Source: Octopus vulgaris (taxonomy: Eukaryota). Taken from it: a DNA stretch of 64,000 nucleotides. Below, piece by piece: positions 51,465 to 64,000 of this stretch. A model generated the notes under the pieces. It ran no database searches and was not told where the DNA came from. It saw only the letters and a list, made by a program, of their open reading frames with translations. The stretch's first letter is position 1; the number at the start of each line of letters is the position of its first letter. The position numbers and the translations under genes were made by a program. Location of the stretch: NCBI GenBank assembly GCA_951406725.2, contig OX597818.1:30008001-30072000 (forward strand). The letters are read 5' to 3'.

Positions 51465-52706
51465 TATTGAGTTGATTTTTCTTTTACTGAAGGATCAGTG
51501 CAATAAATATTTATTGAGAAATAAATTCATGACTAGTGAGGTAAGAATATCTCTCTCTCTCTCACATGTCATTTTTACATCTATATTTTACTAGGAATAA
51601 CAGTTGCAGAGAAGTATGAATTTATATGTTTCAATAAATAGAATTATTTTACAGTTGGATACTCTCACTACCCAACAATGATATTGGTAGTAGCTATACA
51701 GTTCAGTGCTTCAACTAAGGCTTGAGTTTATTACCCATGTTTCATAAGTCTATCTCTGACTTGTCTGTCTCACATATTATCATCATCATCATTGTCATCA
51801 GAAGTATCGTCGTCATCATCCTCATCACCATTGCTGTTCCCATTGTCATTGCTATTGCCGACGTTGTTGTTGTAGTCATTGTCATCATCATCATCATCAT
51901 CATCACCATTTAATATCTGTTTTCCATGCTGGCATGGGTTGGATGACTTGACAAGAGTCGGTAAGCAGAAGAAGTGTACCCGGTTTCAATTGTCTGTTTT
52001 GGCATGGTTTCTATGGCTGGGTGCCCTTCTTAATGCCAATCACCTTTCTGAGTGAACCGGGTGCTTTTTACATGACACCAGCTCGAGTGCTTTATATGCG
52101 GCACTGGCACAGGTACTTTTTATGTTGCACCAGCATCAGAGGGTTGCCAAGTAACTTGTAAGAGAAAGACCTCTTAGTTGAGAGAGGGAGTAGAACTGAT
52201 GGAAGCAGTTGTGTGCCAGGTAAGAGGTTACAGTGTGATTGAGAGAGAGGGATAGTTGTTTTACTATAGAGGAGATATTTGGCCACCCAGTAGAACAGGA
52301 AGGAGTAAGAAGGTGGAAAAGAGAGCGAAAGATAAAGAGAGAGTCAGAGTGAGGGAGCAAGAGAGAGAGAGAGAGAGAGAGAGTGAAATAGATGGTGTGG
52401 GAGATGTATTGGAGCCTACCCTCAGTGAACCGTAGAGTAGGGTATAAATTATAGAGAGGGGATAGAGGAGGATAGAGGATAGAGGAAGAGAGTGCCATGA
52501 GAGTGTTGAGTGGCTTGGAGTGGGGAGTAAGGAACAAAGAGAGAGTATGGAGAGTGTGTGGATAGGCACATGAGAGTGAGGAGGGAAGACAGGGGTGTTT
52601 TGAGAGGGGTTAGATAATTTGAGTGTCAGTGTGGGGGTGCATGACCATAAAGGACATGCATGTATGTGTGGATGGCCATGATTTCAATATCAATTAACTT
52701 ACTTAC

Positions 52707-52773
52707 CATTCCATATTTTTCCAATCGTGACATTTGATTTGCCATGAAACTCAGCTTCAATAATGATTTGATT
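52707..52773 (-). CDS. MAM-like gene copy B exon 3 (NQIIIEAEFHGKSNVTIGKIWN)
   Basis: tttag/gtaagt boundaries, 67 nt. Confidence 0.8.
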
Positions 52774-53312
52774 CTAAAACAGAATAAAAATAGAATGAGA
52801 TTGAAAACTTTCAAAATAACATAATCCTTCAGTAGCAGGAATGGATGCTTCAAGAATCATTTTCTTTATTTGTATGGTTAATGTTTATTAATTATAATTA
52901 AACATGTAGTAGAGAATTTTGTAGTTGTGTTGCTGTTGCTTGTTCAGAAAATTATCCAGGGGATTCTAAGTACTAGATCAAAGATCAATGAAGAAGTTAT
53001 TTCCAAAACTGAGTCTCGTGATTCCAAGGAATTTATTGTATCAAGTTGATATGGTATAGTAGAAGTGCTATGGGTGTCAGACTAAGTTATAACTTAAAGC
53101 AGTTTGTTCAGGGAAGCAACTGTTTCTGTGTTTTTTTGTAAAATTAGAATTTAAGCTGACAAGCTTTATGGCAGAACAGATATATGGTTGACTAGTTATA
53201 TGGCAAACCAGTTACAGGGGAGACCAGTTAGATGGTATACACCTATCCAGTTATAAGGTAGGGTGGTACAATTATATCCCAGTCTGGTTATATCATTTGA
53301 TGTACTATGTAA

Positions 53313-54725
53313 TCATCATCATCGCGTAACATCCGCTTTCCATGCTGGCATGGGTTGGATGATTTGACTGAGGACTGGTGAACCAGATGGTTGCACCAGG
53401 CTCCAATCTTGTCTGGCAGAGCTTCTACAGCTGGATGCCCTTCCTAATGCCAACCACTCCGAGAGTGTAGTGGGTGCCTTTACGTGCCACTGGCACGAGG
53501 GCCAGTCAGGTGGTACTGGCAACAGCCATGCTCAAATGGTGCTTTTTACATGCCACCTGCATAGGAGACAGTCCAGCAGCACTGGCAATGACTTCGCTTA
53601 AATATTTTTTCATGTGCCACCGGCACAAGTGCCAATAAGGTGATGCTGGTAATGATCACACTCGAATGGTGCTTTTTATGTGTCACTGGCATGGAAGCCA
53701 GTCAGCTACTCTGGCAATGATCACGCCTGGATGGTGCTCTTAGCACTCCACTAGCACAGATGCCAGTCATGCGGTACTGTCATTGAATTTGATTTCGATT
53801 TCGATTTCACTTGCCTCAACAGGTCTTCGCAAGCAGAGTTTAGCGTCTAATGAAGGAAAGGTACACATAAGTGGGCTGATTACACCACTGACATAGGCCA
53901 CGGATTATGGTCTCACTTGGCTTGCCAGGTCTTCTCAAACACAGTGTATTTCCAAAGGCCTTAGTCACTAGTCAGTGCCTTGGTGAGGCCTAATGTTTGA
54001 AGGTCGTGCTTCACCACCTCATCCCAGGTCATCCTGGGTCTACCTGTTCCACAGGTTCCCTCAACTGCTAGGGTGTTGCACCTTTTCACACAGCTATCCT
54101 CATCCATTCTAACCACATGACCATTCCAGCACAGTTGTCTCTCTCGCACACCACATTTAATGCTTCTTAGGTCCAACTTTTCTCTCAAGGTACTTACACT
54201 CTGTCGAGTATGCATCTGACATTACACATCCAGTGGAGCATACTGGCTTCAATCCTTACAAGCTTCCGCATGTCCTCAGCAGTCACGGCTCATGTTTCAC
54301 TGCCATGTAGCATGGCTGTTTGTCACCAGCAGAGCTAAGAGCTCTCTGAACTTTGCCCAGGCTAATCTTATTCTAGCAGCTACACTTTCAGCACATCCAC
54401 CCCTGCTACTGACTTGGTCACCTAGATAATGGAAGCTATCAACTACTTACAGTTTTTCTCCCTGGAATGTAGCGGAAGTTGTTCCCTGCATATTTTCAGT
54501 GTTTATTGCTTCTGAGTATCTGCCACATACAAAATCTATCTTCCCAGTTAGCCTTCCTTTAATATTGCTGCACCTCTTATGTGTCCATAGCTTACACTGG
54601 GTACATCTTACAGAGTTTCTACCTATGCCTTTTCTACAGATCGAGCAGGGCCATCTACCTGATGGGATTTGTGAATTGACAGCCTTCCAACTTATTAGGA
54701 CTTTGGTTTTAGCTAGGTTGACTTT
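53313..54725 (-). mobile_element. RTE LINE 3' portion
   Basis: PHD-like insert, QLCWNGHVVRM, repeat-containing 3' UTR, (GAT)n tail. Confidence 0.88.
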
Positions 54726-54754
54726 ACAAAGATAAAGGCGACACTTTAGATACA

Positions 54755-56160
54755 AATAATTACAGAGGTATCAAGTTGTTGGATCAGGTAATGAAGGTCA
54801 CAGAGAGGGTCATAACCCAACTAATTAGGGAGAGAGTCAGTTTAGATGAGATGAAATTTGGGTCCATGCCAGGGAAAAGCACCACTGATGCTATATTTCT
54901 GGTAAGACAGCTGCAGGAGAAATACCTATTTCTTTACTACCCACAAGGGGCTAAACACAGAGGGGACAAACAATAACAGACAAAGGGATTAAGTCAACTA
55001 CATCGACCCCAGTGCGTAACTGGTACTTTATTTGACCCCGAAAGGATGAAAGGCAAAGTCTATCTCGGCGGAATTTGAACTCGGAACGTATCGACAGGCA
55101 AAATACGGCTACGCATTTCGCCCGGCAATCTAACTTTCTGCTAGCTCGCCGCAAGAGAAATACCTAGCCAAAGATAAACCTCTGTACCTGGCTTTATTGA
55201 CATGGAGAAAACCTTTGACAGGGTCCCCCAATCCCTTATGTGTTGGTCAATGACAAAACTAGGGATAGATGAATGGTTAGTGAGAGCTGTGCAAGCCATG
55301 TACAGAGATGCTGTCAGTAAGATGAGGGTTGGCAATGAGTACAGTGAAGAATTCTGGATAGAAGGAGGGGTCCACCAAAGTTCAGTCCTCAGCCCCCTCC
55401 TATTTATCATAGTCATCCAGGCAATAACAGAGGAATTCAAGACAAGATGCCCCTGGGAGCTTCTGTATGCTGACGACCTTGCTCTAATTGCTGAGTCACT
55501 ATGAGAACTAGAGGAGAAGTTTCAGGTGTGGAAGCAATGATTAGAAACAAAGGGCCTTAGAGTCAACCTAGCTAAACCCAAAGTCCTAATCAGTAGGAAG
55601 GCTGTCAAATAACAAATCCCTTCAGGTAGATGGCCCTGCTCGATCTGTAGAAAAGGTGTAGGTAGAAACACTATAAGATGTACCCAGTGTAAGCTATGGA
55701 CACATAAGAGGCAATGACTAGTGACCGAGACCTTTGGAAATATACTGTGCATGAGAAGACCCGGCAAGCCAAGTGAGACCATAACCCATGGCCTATGTCA
55801 GGGGTGTAACCAGCCCACTTATGCATACCTTTCCTTCATTGGACACTAAACTTTACTTGTGAAGACCTGTTGAGGCAAGTGAAATCGAAATCGAAATCAA
55901 AGTCGATGACTGACACCCATGCCAGTGGAGCACTAAGAGCACCATCTGAGCGTGATCATTGCCAGAAAGCTGACTGGCTTCAGTGCTGGTGGCACATAAA
56001 AATGCCAGTGGCATGTGAAAAAATATTCGCGCGAGGTCATTGCCAGTGCCACTGGACTGGCCCCTGTGCACGTGGCATGTAAAAAACACCATTTGAGTGT
56101 GGCCATTGCCAGTACCACCTGACTGGTCCTCGTGCTGGTGGCAAGTAAAATTACCCACCA
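54755..56160 (+). mobile_element. RTE LINE fragment, internally deleted and interrupted by a SINE
   Basis: STTDAIFLVRQLQEK and PWELLYADD motifs; deletion near 55710; partial 3' UTR. Confidence 0.88.
54926..55152 (-). mobile_element. SINE family 1 inserted into RTE
   Basis: Flanking direct repeat gagaaataccta at 54917-28 and 55155-66. Confidence 0.85.
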
Positions 56161-57226
56161 GACTCTGTGAAAATAATTATTGTTCTTATTTTCTGGCTGA
56201 GTTGGTAGAGTATTGAAAAACTAGTCAAGATTCTGGCAACTCATGTCCTGCTACCAGAATATTGCCCCTTTGCTTATTTTAATCCATTTGAAAATAATAG
56301 TCAGATCTGTTGATTCAGTTTTATTTGATACGAGGCAAATTAATGTGATTGCAATGCAGAAGACATAAATTAGCCATTTAGAATCATACAAGACCAATAA
56401 CTTCACTTAAACATTTATTTGTAATGTGGAGTCAAAATTTTCATTGTTCAAAGCAGTGTCCTTTTCACTGAATAAAATTTGTGCTGCATCTGAAAATTTT
56501 TGATATTACAACAGATATTGCTGGGGATGCTTCTTCTGCTATTTTTTAAAAATCTTTTATCCATGTATAAATCTATTGTCAATTGATCAAGTAAATTTTG
56601 TTCTGACAAAGCTCTGCTGATGAAGTTCTATAAGATAGAAACATGCCTATTACTCTCACTGTCCTGGCTAATAAAAACTACTTTCTAAATATTTTTTCTG
56701 TCAAAATAAGGCATAAATATAAATTTTTAACGAATTTTTTGTGAATTCCATTTAGTATGCAATTAGGTATTTGATTTAACAGAATATCATGTCACTTTCA
56801 TTGGCTGAAACTTCCTATTTCTAAAGGATTATTAGCTGTAGCTGTGCTTCAAATTGCCCAGTGGGCACAGCATGAATTTGTGTGATAAGTTCCTATGGGA
56901 AGTGTTACCTACAAAATGAGATATCGTTTTCAAAGCTAGTTTTTTTAAACTGTCATCTACTTAATACCTCAGAAACCAAATGTAAGCTTTGGCCCAATGA
57001 ACTGTGGTAGTTTATAAAAACAGACATATGTGTATTTTCTTCTTATCACTCCCATCATACATTTCATAGCAAACCTTGTTGAATTACAGCTTAGTTCACA
57101 TTATGACTGCCCTTAGTATAAGGAGATGAGGCAAAGCTGCCATCACTTGATAAAGTGCATTGGTTTTCCCAAACAAAATCACCCTACCATTTTTCGCATA
57201 CAATAGAATTGGTTTTGTGTGTGTGT

Positions 57227-57274
<48 letters not shown>

Positions 57275-57598
57275 TCCACATGTGTGTGCACATGTGTATG
57301 TGTCCATGTATGTATGTTAATGAGCATGTGCTTGTGTGTGTGTTTTATATATGTATGTGTGTGTCTGTGCATGCATGTCCATGTGTCTGTGCTTGCTGTA
57401 TTTGCACATGCATGTGTGTCTGTATTCAGGTGTCCATTTTATGTCTGTGTAACCTCATGTGTGTTCATGTGTCCATGTGTATGTGTTTATGTGTATGTGT
57501 GTGTGAATTCATGTGTCCATGTGTGCATCTGTGTGAAAGAGAGAGAGAGAGAGAGAAGTGATATTAGCAGAAGGATTTTGACAATAAGGAATTCTTAC

Positions 57599-57843
57599 CA
57601 ATTTATAAGGGCAATTTATGTGAGCCTTTGTCCATCTATGTGCTGGAGATGCATTACAAGCCCATCTTTGATGATAAGTATCACTAACGTAACCATATTC
57701 AGCACAAATTACTGTTAAGCTAACTTTACCATTTCCATTTATTCGATATAAGAAGGAAAAAGGTTTCCCATGTTCTCCCCACTTAGCCGCTTGCCATGTC
57801 ATTTGTGATGTACATCTGCTTTGTCCAGTGGAAACCATATAAC
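57599..57843 (-). CDS. MAM-like gene copy B exon 2
   Basis: cctag/gtaaga boundaries, 245 nt, open; 9 synonymous and 14 non-synonymous codon differences from copy A by manual count. Confidence 0.82.
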
Positions 57844-58645
57844 CTAGGTAAAACAATGCAAGATGGATGGATAGACCAATATATAGATGAAGAGACAGAT
57901 AAGCAAATACTTACATGAAGACAAACAAATTTTTATAAAAATACTTCAGATCATGACTTAATGTACTAATTTACAACATATGAATACATGTATTTATCCA
58001 TTACCCCTGATACAATCAATATCTCATTATGTGAAATCTTGAAATTAAAACATCATTAATTAGAAAATCATATCTTTAAAAACACTGAAGTTAGGAGATT
58101 GTATAACTATTACATTTTTTACATAAAATTTTACCATAAAGATTTAAGTGCATCTTATATTTGTGTTTTCAGTAAATTAAACATGTGGAAAATAGTAAGA
58201 TTTCCATCCACATGTATACTTGTTCCCCAACCTGATTTTGTAGAGTTTGTGTCAACCTGTGGTTAGAAACTTATACATTATTTTGTTTGTTGTCATTTCT
58301 GACTTGCTGTTCAATACAATATGAAAGGAAGAAGAAAGAGAAACCTTGTATATTACAAACACATACTGTTTTAATGAACCAACTACCAGTACCAAACAAT
58401 GACAATCAGAATGCCTAAAAATATATTTATAACCCTGATATATACTATATATACAGACAACAACCATGTCCCAAATGAAATGTTTGACATCCACCAAATA
58501 ATATATGTTTAAGTGAAGTTAACAGTCTCTGTGCATTTTGAATGTCTAATATATCTCCCCCATGCTGTAATTGTTTTAGTTTTAACATTTCAATACACTG
58601 TCTCAGATGAAATCACTTTCCAGAAAAGTATATCTTCAATATATA

Positions 58646-58705
<60 letters not shown>

Positions 58706-59129
58706 TATCTGTTTGTTTCTCTGCATGTATGTATGCATGTATGAGTTTGGTGATAATAATACTTATGACACCAACACACACACACATATACACACATGCG
58801 CACACACACAAACACACACACACACATACACACACACACATACACACACACATACATTCAAGCACATACACATGTGCATGCAAGCATCTACTCACATGCA
58901 CACAAGCATATGCACATGTGTGCACATACACATGAGTATGCATGCACATACATCAGTGCACATGAGCACACATGAACATGCACCTGCACAAAGGCATATG
59001 CATGAGTGTAAACGCATGAGCATATGCACATATACACTAGTGTGCATACATCTGTATGTATGCATATGATTTACAGATGCACACATGCATTCACATACAC
59101 ACACATGCACATGCATGCATATAAACTTG

Positions 59130-60700
59130 TTTGGCTATGTACAAGGGGTGAGAGTATACAGTTAGACAGGCATGGAGAAGCGTTGGAGATTGAGAATTTC
59201 GGTCCTGCTCATGGGGCTGATATAGTTAGTTGGTACAGGCGGTGCAGGGGAGTAGCTGGTACTAAGGAAGTATATCTGGGTTGTTAGCAACCAGTGGTTT
59301 GAAATTTATCAGAAGGACATCCTTTTGGTGATAGAAATAGGATAGATTGTAGTTTTTGTTGATGGAGTCTGCAGGTTGATAGATGATATGCAGGTTTCAT
59401 GGAGGCAGAGCTGGCAATTAGGAGTGCTGGGGAAATATGGTGGTGCCCTGTCGACAACAGTCCACTTGGTGCTGGCTGTTTCATCAGGTTATACATTTTG
59501 GACACCCCCAAGAGACGTACCCACCCATATATGTTGGTTCTGTATAGGGATGATGGCCTGGCTATCTCAAGCCATATGAACGAGCATGACATGGATACAT
59601 TTAGGAAGGACTTAAATATGAATATTCAAAGAGTTCAGCCTGTCCATAACAGTTACCACCAACCTGATTATGGCTGATTTCTTGGATGTAACCTTAGACC
59701 TGAACATGGCAAGTACACCCTGTACAGGAAGCCTAATGATGAAACAGCATATATTCACAAGACCTCAAACCACTCCCCACCTCCTGCTGTAATTAGAAAT
59801 CTGCTATCAGGTATTAGCGAATGGGTATCAAAACTATTGGCCAACAAGGAGACCTTTAATAGCACTGTTTCCCACTACAACAATGCTTTGGCTAGGAGAG
59901 GATTTTTGAGAAGCTCGCATATGTGGGCAATCCCCAAATCCTCTCTCCTCACACCAAGACAGTTAGGAAGAGGAAACTAATCTGTTTAACTCCCCATCCC
60001 ATTTAACCTAGAAGTTTCCACCAACGTAGCCTGGGGCTTCCTGTCATTAATTAAGAAACATTTCCTCAGAGGTCATAAGTATTACAAACTCATCAACACC
60101 ACAATGTCAAGGTGAGTTACTCCTGTTTAGACAATATTGTATCTAACATCACATGCATCAACAGATGCAATAATGTGCCCACACAAACCCCAACCCTATC
60201 CTGCAACTGTCGAAACTCCACCACCTGTTTTCTAGAAGGATTCTGCCTCTCAAGGGCTGTAGTATAGAGTAACCCTTATATCATCTGATGATATCACTAG
60301 GCACTATACGGGTATGACAGCTATTGACTTTAAGGCGAGGTACTCCCTGCACATATACTCATTCAGATCCAAAGATAAAGAGAATGCACTTTCTCTGGAA
60401 ACACTGTAACCTCTGAGATGAAACACCCATCATCATGCCTGCATACTCTTACCCCTTGTACATAACCACATGAGTTTATATTCTTGACCAATCACAGGCC
60501 GACGCCCACCAATAAACAGTGACTCTCCTTCATCAACATCTTATTCTAATTCCAATGGCTGAAGACTAGCATCATGCTTGAAACTTGAAGTACTAAAGGA
60601 ATTTGAATCAAATTGTTTGATCCATACATGTAATGTAACTCCCAATAAATCTGTTGAGTGTCCTTCTCTTGTTTGTCTGCTCACTGCTCACTTGTGTGCA
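59130..60700 (+). mobile_element. Decayed Penelope-like (Naiad-type) element with an inverted C-terminal segment
   Basis: LYRDDGL, DFLDVTLDL, YRKPND...YIHKTSNH, CNCRNSTTCFLEGFCL...VVY...YTGMT...FKARY; 59130-59500 is the C-terminus (KWTVVDRAPPY...CQLCLHE) on the minus strand. Confidence 0.85.
60556..60595 (+). ncRNA. Minimal type I hammerhead at the PLE 3' end
   Basis: TGG-CTGAAGA-ctAGC-atcat-GCTt-GAAA-CTTGAAG-TA-CTA; stems are short and imperfect. Confidence 0.6.
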
Positions 60701-61950
60701 TATATATATATATATATATATTTGTTTCTGTGTCTGTGTGTATGCATGTATGAGTTTGCTGATAGTAATTCTTATTACAGTAATGATACACACGCACGCT
60801 TGCACACACACACACACACACACATACACACACATACACACTCACATAAATATATATATATATATACACTGAGGTTGTTTGTCATACATGATGCTGTTAC
60901 TAAGCACACAAACACCCAAGGTCTTAAATAATACAAAGTCATCTCAGTGACTTTGGCACTGATACATTCACCAATGTACTGCCTTGGAAATATGATTCTC
61001 TCTTCTCTATTCTTATTCTATCACTACTGCAATGAACCTTCCTCATTTTAACTTGCTACTTAATACCACTTCCACCAAGTCAAACCAAAACTCCTGTCTT
61101 TCCTCATCTTCTAATCCCTACTGTTTCACACTAACTCCTTTACACAATCCTTCATCCCCAACACGTCTACACTCTAGATATCTTGTTTTTGCAGATGTCA
61201 GCTTACAGATGTTCAAGCTGAACATAGACTTTATTGATCTAACATTTGAATGAAAATTGGTTTAATGTCTCATGACTGTGCACTGTCTCAGAGTTTGCAT
61301 GAGTCGTGTCATCTCACAAGCCTGGAGAGAAATTTGTTTTCAAGTTGGAATCAATGTCTACAAGTGATGAGATGTAAATTAAAGAATAAAAAAAAAATTG
61401 ATCTAACTGGTCTCTAAGGGTCTGCAAATGTTTTTTTGCAGTCCTTTCCTCTTGACAAAGATAGAAAAAATTCCAAAACCTAGAGTATCATTTCTGTTGT
61501 GTATATGTATATTAATGAGATTTAGTAACTGTCTGAGACAATATCATGCTTTGTGTAAAACCGCTTAACCCTCAACAACAGTCAATTCTCCTGGTTTCAA
61601 GTCAGTACCATAAAGGTATCAGGAGAAACTTATAATTGATGAATCAATTGTGAAGGTACTGGGTTCTGTTTGATCTCCTTGTGAATTCCAACAATGACCA
61701 ACTCATCTGTTTATGTACCAGATTTTATATAGTCTGAGCTTCCAGAGTGTGATTTAAGAATAATTTGGCTGCTATTTCTTGGGGATTAATAAATATGTAA
61801 ACATTCCTTCATATTTACTTGGACATTTTTGTTTGAACTGTTATATTAATAAGAAGGTAAAAGTAAGATGTGTGAAAATGAAGAAAAAATAAGACTTTGA
61901 AATACTAATATTTCTCAAGCTTACAGAAAAAAAAAGGGAAAAAATCTCAC

Positions 61951-62052
61951 CTTTAACTCCATCAAGTTGCTTGTTTGTCCATTTCCAGGAGCATTTGCTA
62001 TTTGCAGGAGACCAATCACAATTTCCCTTTTGGAAACTACATTCCCAGGAAC
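61951..62052 (-). CDS. MAM-like gene copy B exon 1 (SWECSFQKGNCDWSPANSKCSWKWTNKQLDGVK)
   Basis: aag/gtgag boundaries, 102 nt, MAM N-terminal signature. Confidence 0.82.
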
Positions 62053-62479
62053 CTTTATATTATGAAAATATAAACACTATTAGCTTTCTGAAAGTATTGT
62101 GTACTGAAATAATTTTACTTTATTTTTAATATCAATTTTTTTTTACATAGATTCAAGGTATTAGGTTTAATATAGAAAGGGGAAATGAGATTCTGTGATG
62201 CTCATACCTTTCTCAATAGATTTAATTGAGTAAGTGAATTAAAATTTTTATATTGTAGACTTCATATTAAACAAGTAACTTAGTCTAAAAGCTTACATTC
62301 CTTCATTTAGAATAGAGTTCTCATCTTTCAAGTTCTGTTGCCCCAAAATGTTTGTTCTATGCCTATATTAGAAATCATAATATAACTATGCTGATAAATT
62401 GGTTATTTAACATCAACTAGCTCAAGTTAAAGAATCAGTACAAAGGATTTGTATTGACATCGGAAATCTATTTTCAAAT

Positions 62480-64000
62480 CTTCTTGTCAGATCTTTATGT
62501 GCACTGTTGCTCTTCAAGATATCTGTCAGACTGAATCTAGGAGCCTAAGAAAAGCTGTCTACTCATTTTTCTGGTAAGGCAAGAGAGAATATGAAACTCA
62601 TGGACACAGTGTTTTGTTTGCTGTCTTGAATACACTTCTTTAAGCCTTACTAGCTCAGATACAGAGTGCATGCTCTTCCGTAACAAGATTTCATCTTCTC
62701 TGTATGTATGACACTAGACTTACTGTTGTTGATGACTTTGATGTTAACTTGGACAGTCACACCAAACATTTCCTAGAAAAAGAACCTTGATAATTTTTGA
62801 CAACTTTAATGCCAGAGGTGATGCAATAAAAAGAAGATTGCCTATTTGCTTAGATTGTTACAATATTGACAAGGTCAATGATAATAGTTAAAGCTACTTA
62901 AGATAGGATGAACAGGACTTAAAACAAGGCAGTTTGTGATATAGACTATTCACTTGTCTGCACCAAAGACAGAGGGGTTGATATTCCTGAATGTAACAAA
63001 CGATACAAAACCAGAAAAGCCTGTCCACTTTAACTCATTGCTCTCATATGTCTTCTTGAGAAACTGTTGAACATTAAATGCCATGCAGCCCTTGGACAAC
63101 TGCAAAACAATCTTTCACATTGCTGCAGTAGAATCTTCTGAGAAAAATCCTGCAGCACAATAATTGGCATTCATTCTATTTAGAAAGGTTATGTGACTTC
63201 AGTGCTGCAAATTATAGACTCTTCAGGCCTACAAAATCTTGCCTTCTACAAGAATCGCCAAACACTTGTGACAACTAGAAGCAGAATTCAGGAAACTGTC
63301 TGAATGAATATTAATAACTATTGACTCCTCTCCAACTCCCTCCTCCAAACTGAGACACAAGTAATATCAGGGAGGTGTACTCTGGTAAAAAGAAAAAAGA
63401 TACTTCAATCAGTAATAAATTGCTCTGTTAAAACCCATGTCTATAACAATAATTACAGAGAGACCTGAATAGATAGAGAAATGGATGGAACTTTACTGAA
63501 TATCATTGAAGAAAGAAACTTGTTGACCAATCAACTTTGATGGTATTCAAAGTTTCCCATGTATGATCAAACAAGATGAATTTTCTATAATAGAAGGACT
63601 TCATGATCAGATGCCATCAGGCAGAGTCCCCCCACAAAAATTGTATTTCGATAGAGGTCTTTAAGAACATCATGCCAATCTTCCTTGTACTTCTGCAAAA
63701 GCTTCTCATTGAATGTTGGGAAAGGGCACAGTTCCTCAGGATATGCGAGATGCCAATATTGTTGCACAATATGAGAACAAAATGTAACAGTAGTGACTGC
63801 AATAATTTATTATGTTATATTTCTTCTTGCTTTAGTTGGCAAAGGTTTGCTGACAGAGTATATCCTGAGTCACAATCACATACCAAGTAATCAACTACAG
63901 ACATGGTATTTTCATTGCACCAAGTTCAAGAAAATAATGAGAACATAATCAGCCATCATATTTAGCCTTCATTAACCTAACAAAGCTTTTGATTTCATTG
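62480..64000 (+). mobile_element. Ancient RTE-like LINE remnant
   Basis: Decayed VPQDMRDANIV, ADRVYPESQ, STTDMVFSL and YLAFINLTK motifs near the window end. Confidence 0.7.

Noticed and set aside
53480-53760. ~40-45-bp spaced repeats resembling a CRISPR array
   Set aside because: Degenerate tandem units within the RTE 3' UTR, found in many dispersed copies; no unique spacers or cas genes; eukaryotic context.
56617-56652. CTGATGA...GAAAC hammerhead-like motif
   Set aside because: Stems I and III and the cleavage triplet do not form, and the paralogous site near 26240 lacks the core; at most an old remnant.

Overview
Repeat-rich, AT-rich animal genomic DNA; the SINE/LINE families suggest a cephalopod such as Octopus (my inference, no database check). 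Host-gene content: two tandem minus-strand copies (A ~14.6-38.7 kb, B ~46.3-63.4 kb) of a multi-exon gene encoding a divergent MAM-like domain, a Thr/Pro mucin stalk, one transmembrane helix and a short tail. Copy B can be read intact if a small frame-breaking exon is skipped; copy A is disabled downstream of the MAM domain. The rest is mobile DNA: a near-full-length R4/Dong-type RLE non-LTR element, stacks of other Dong families and a non-coding partner element in (TAA)n arrays, RTE LINEs with a PHD-like finger inside the RT, Penelope-like (Naiad-type) remnants, mariner/maT, MULE, hAT, Gypsy-like and CR1 remnants, and SINEs. Several hammerhead ribozyme motifs are present. The most unusual is a complete hammerhead core with its three strands in a non-circularly permuted order (30403-30463, minus), with two decayed relatives that keep the pairings and spacings using different stem sequences. 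Element boundaries are approximate unless a TSD or splice site is quoted.
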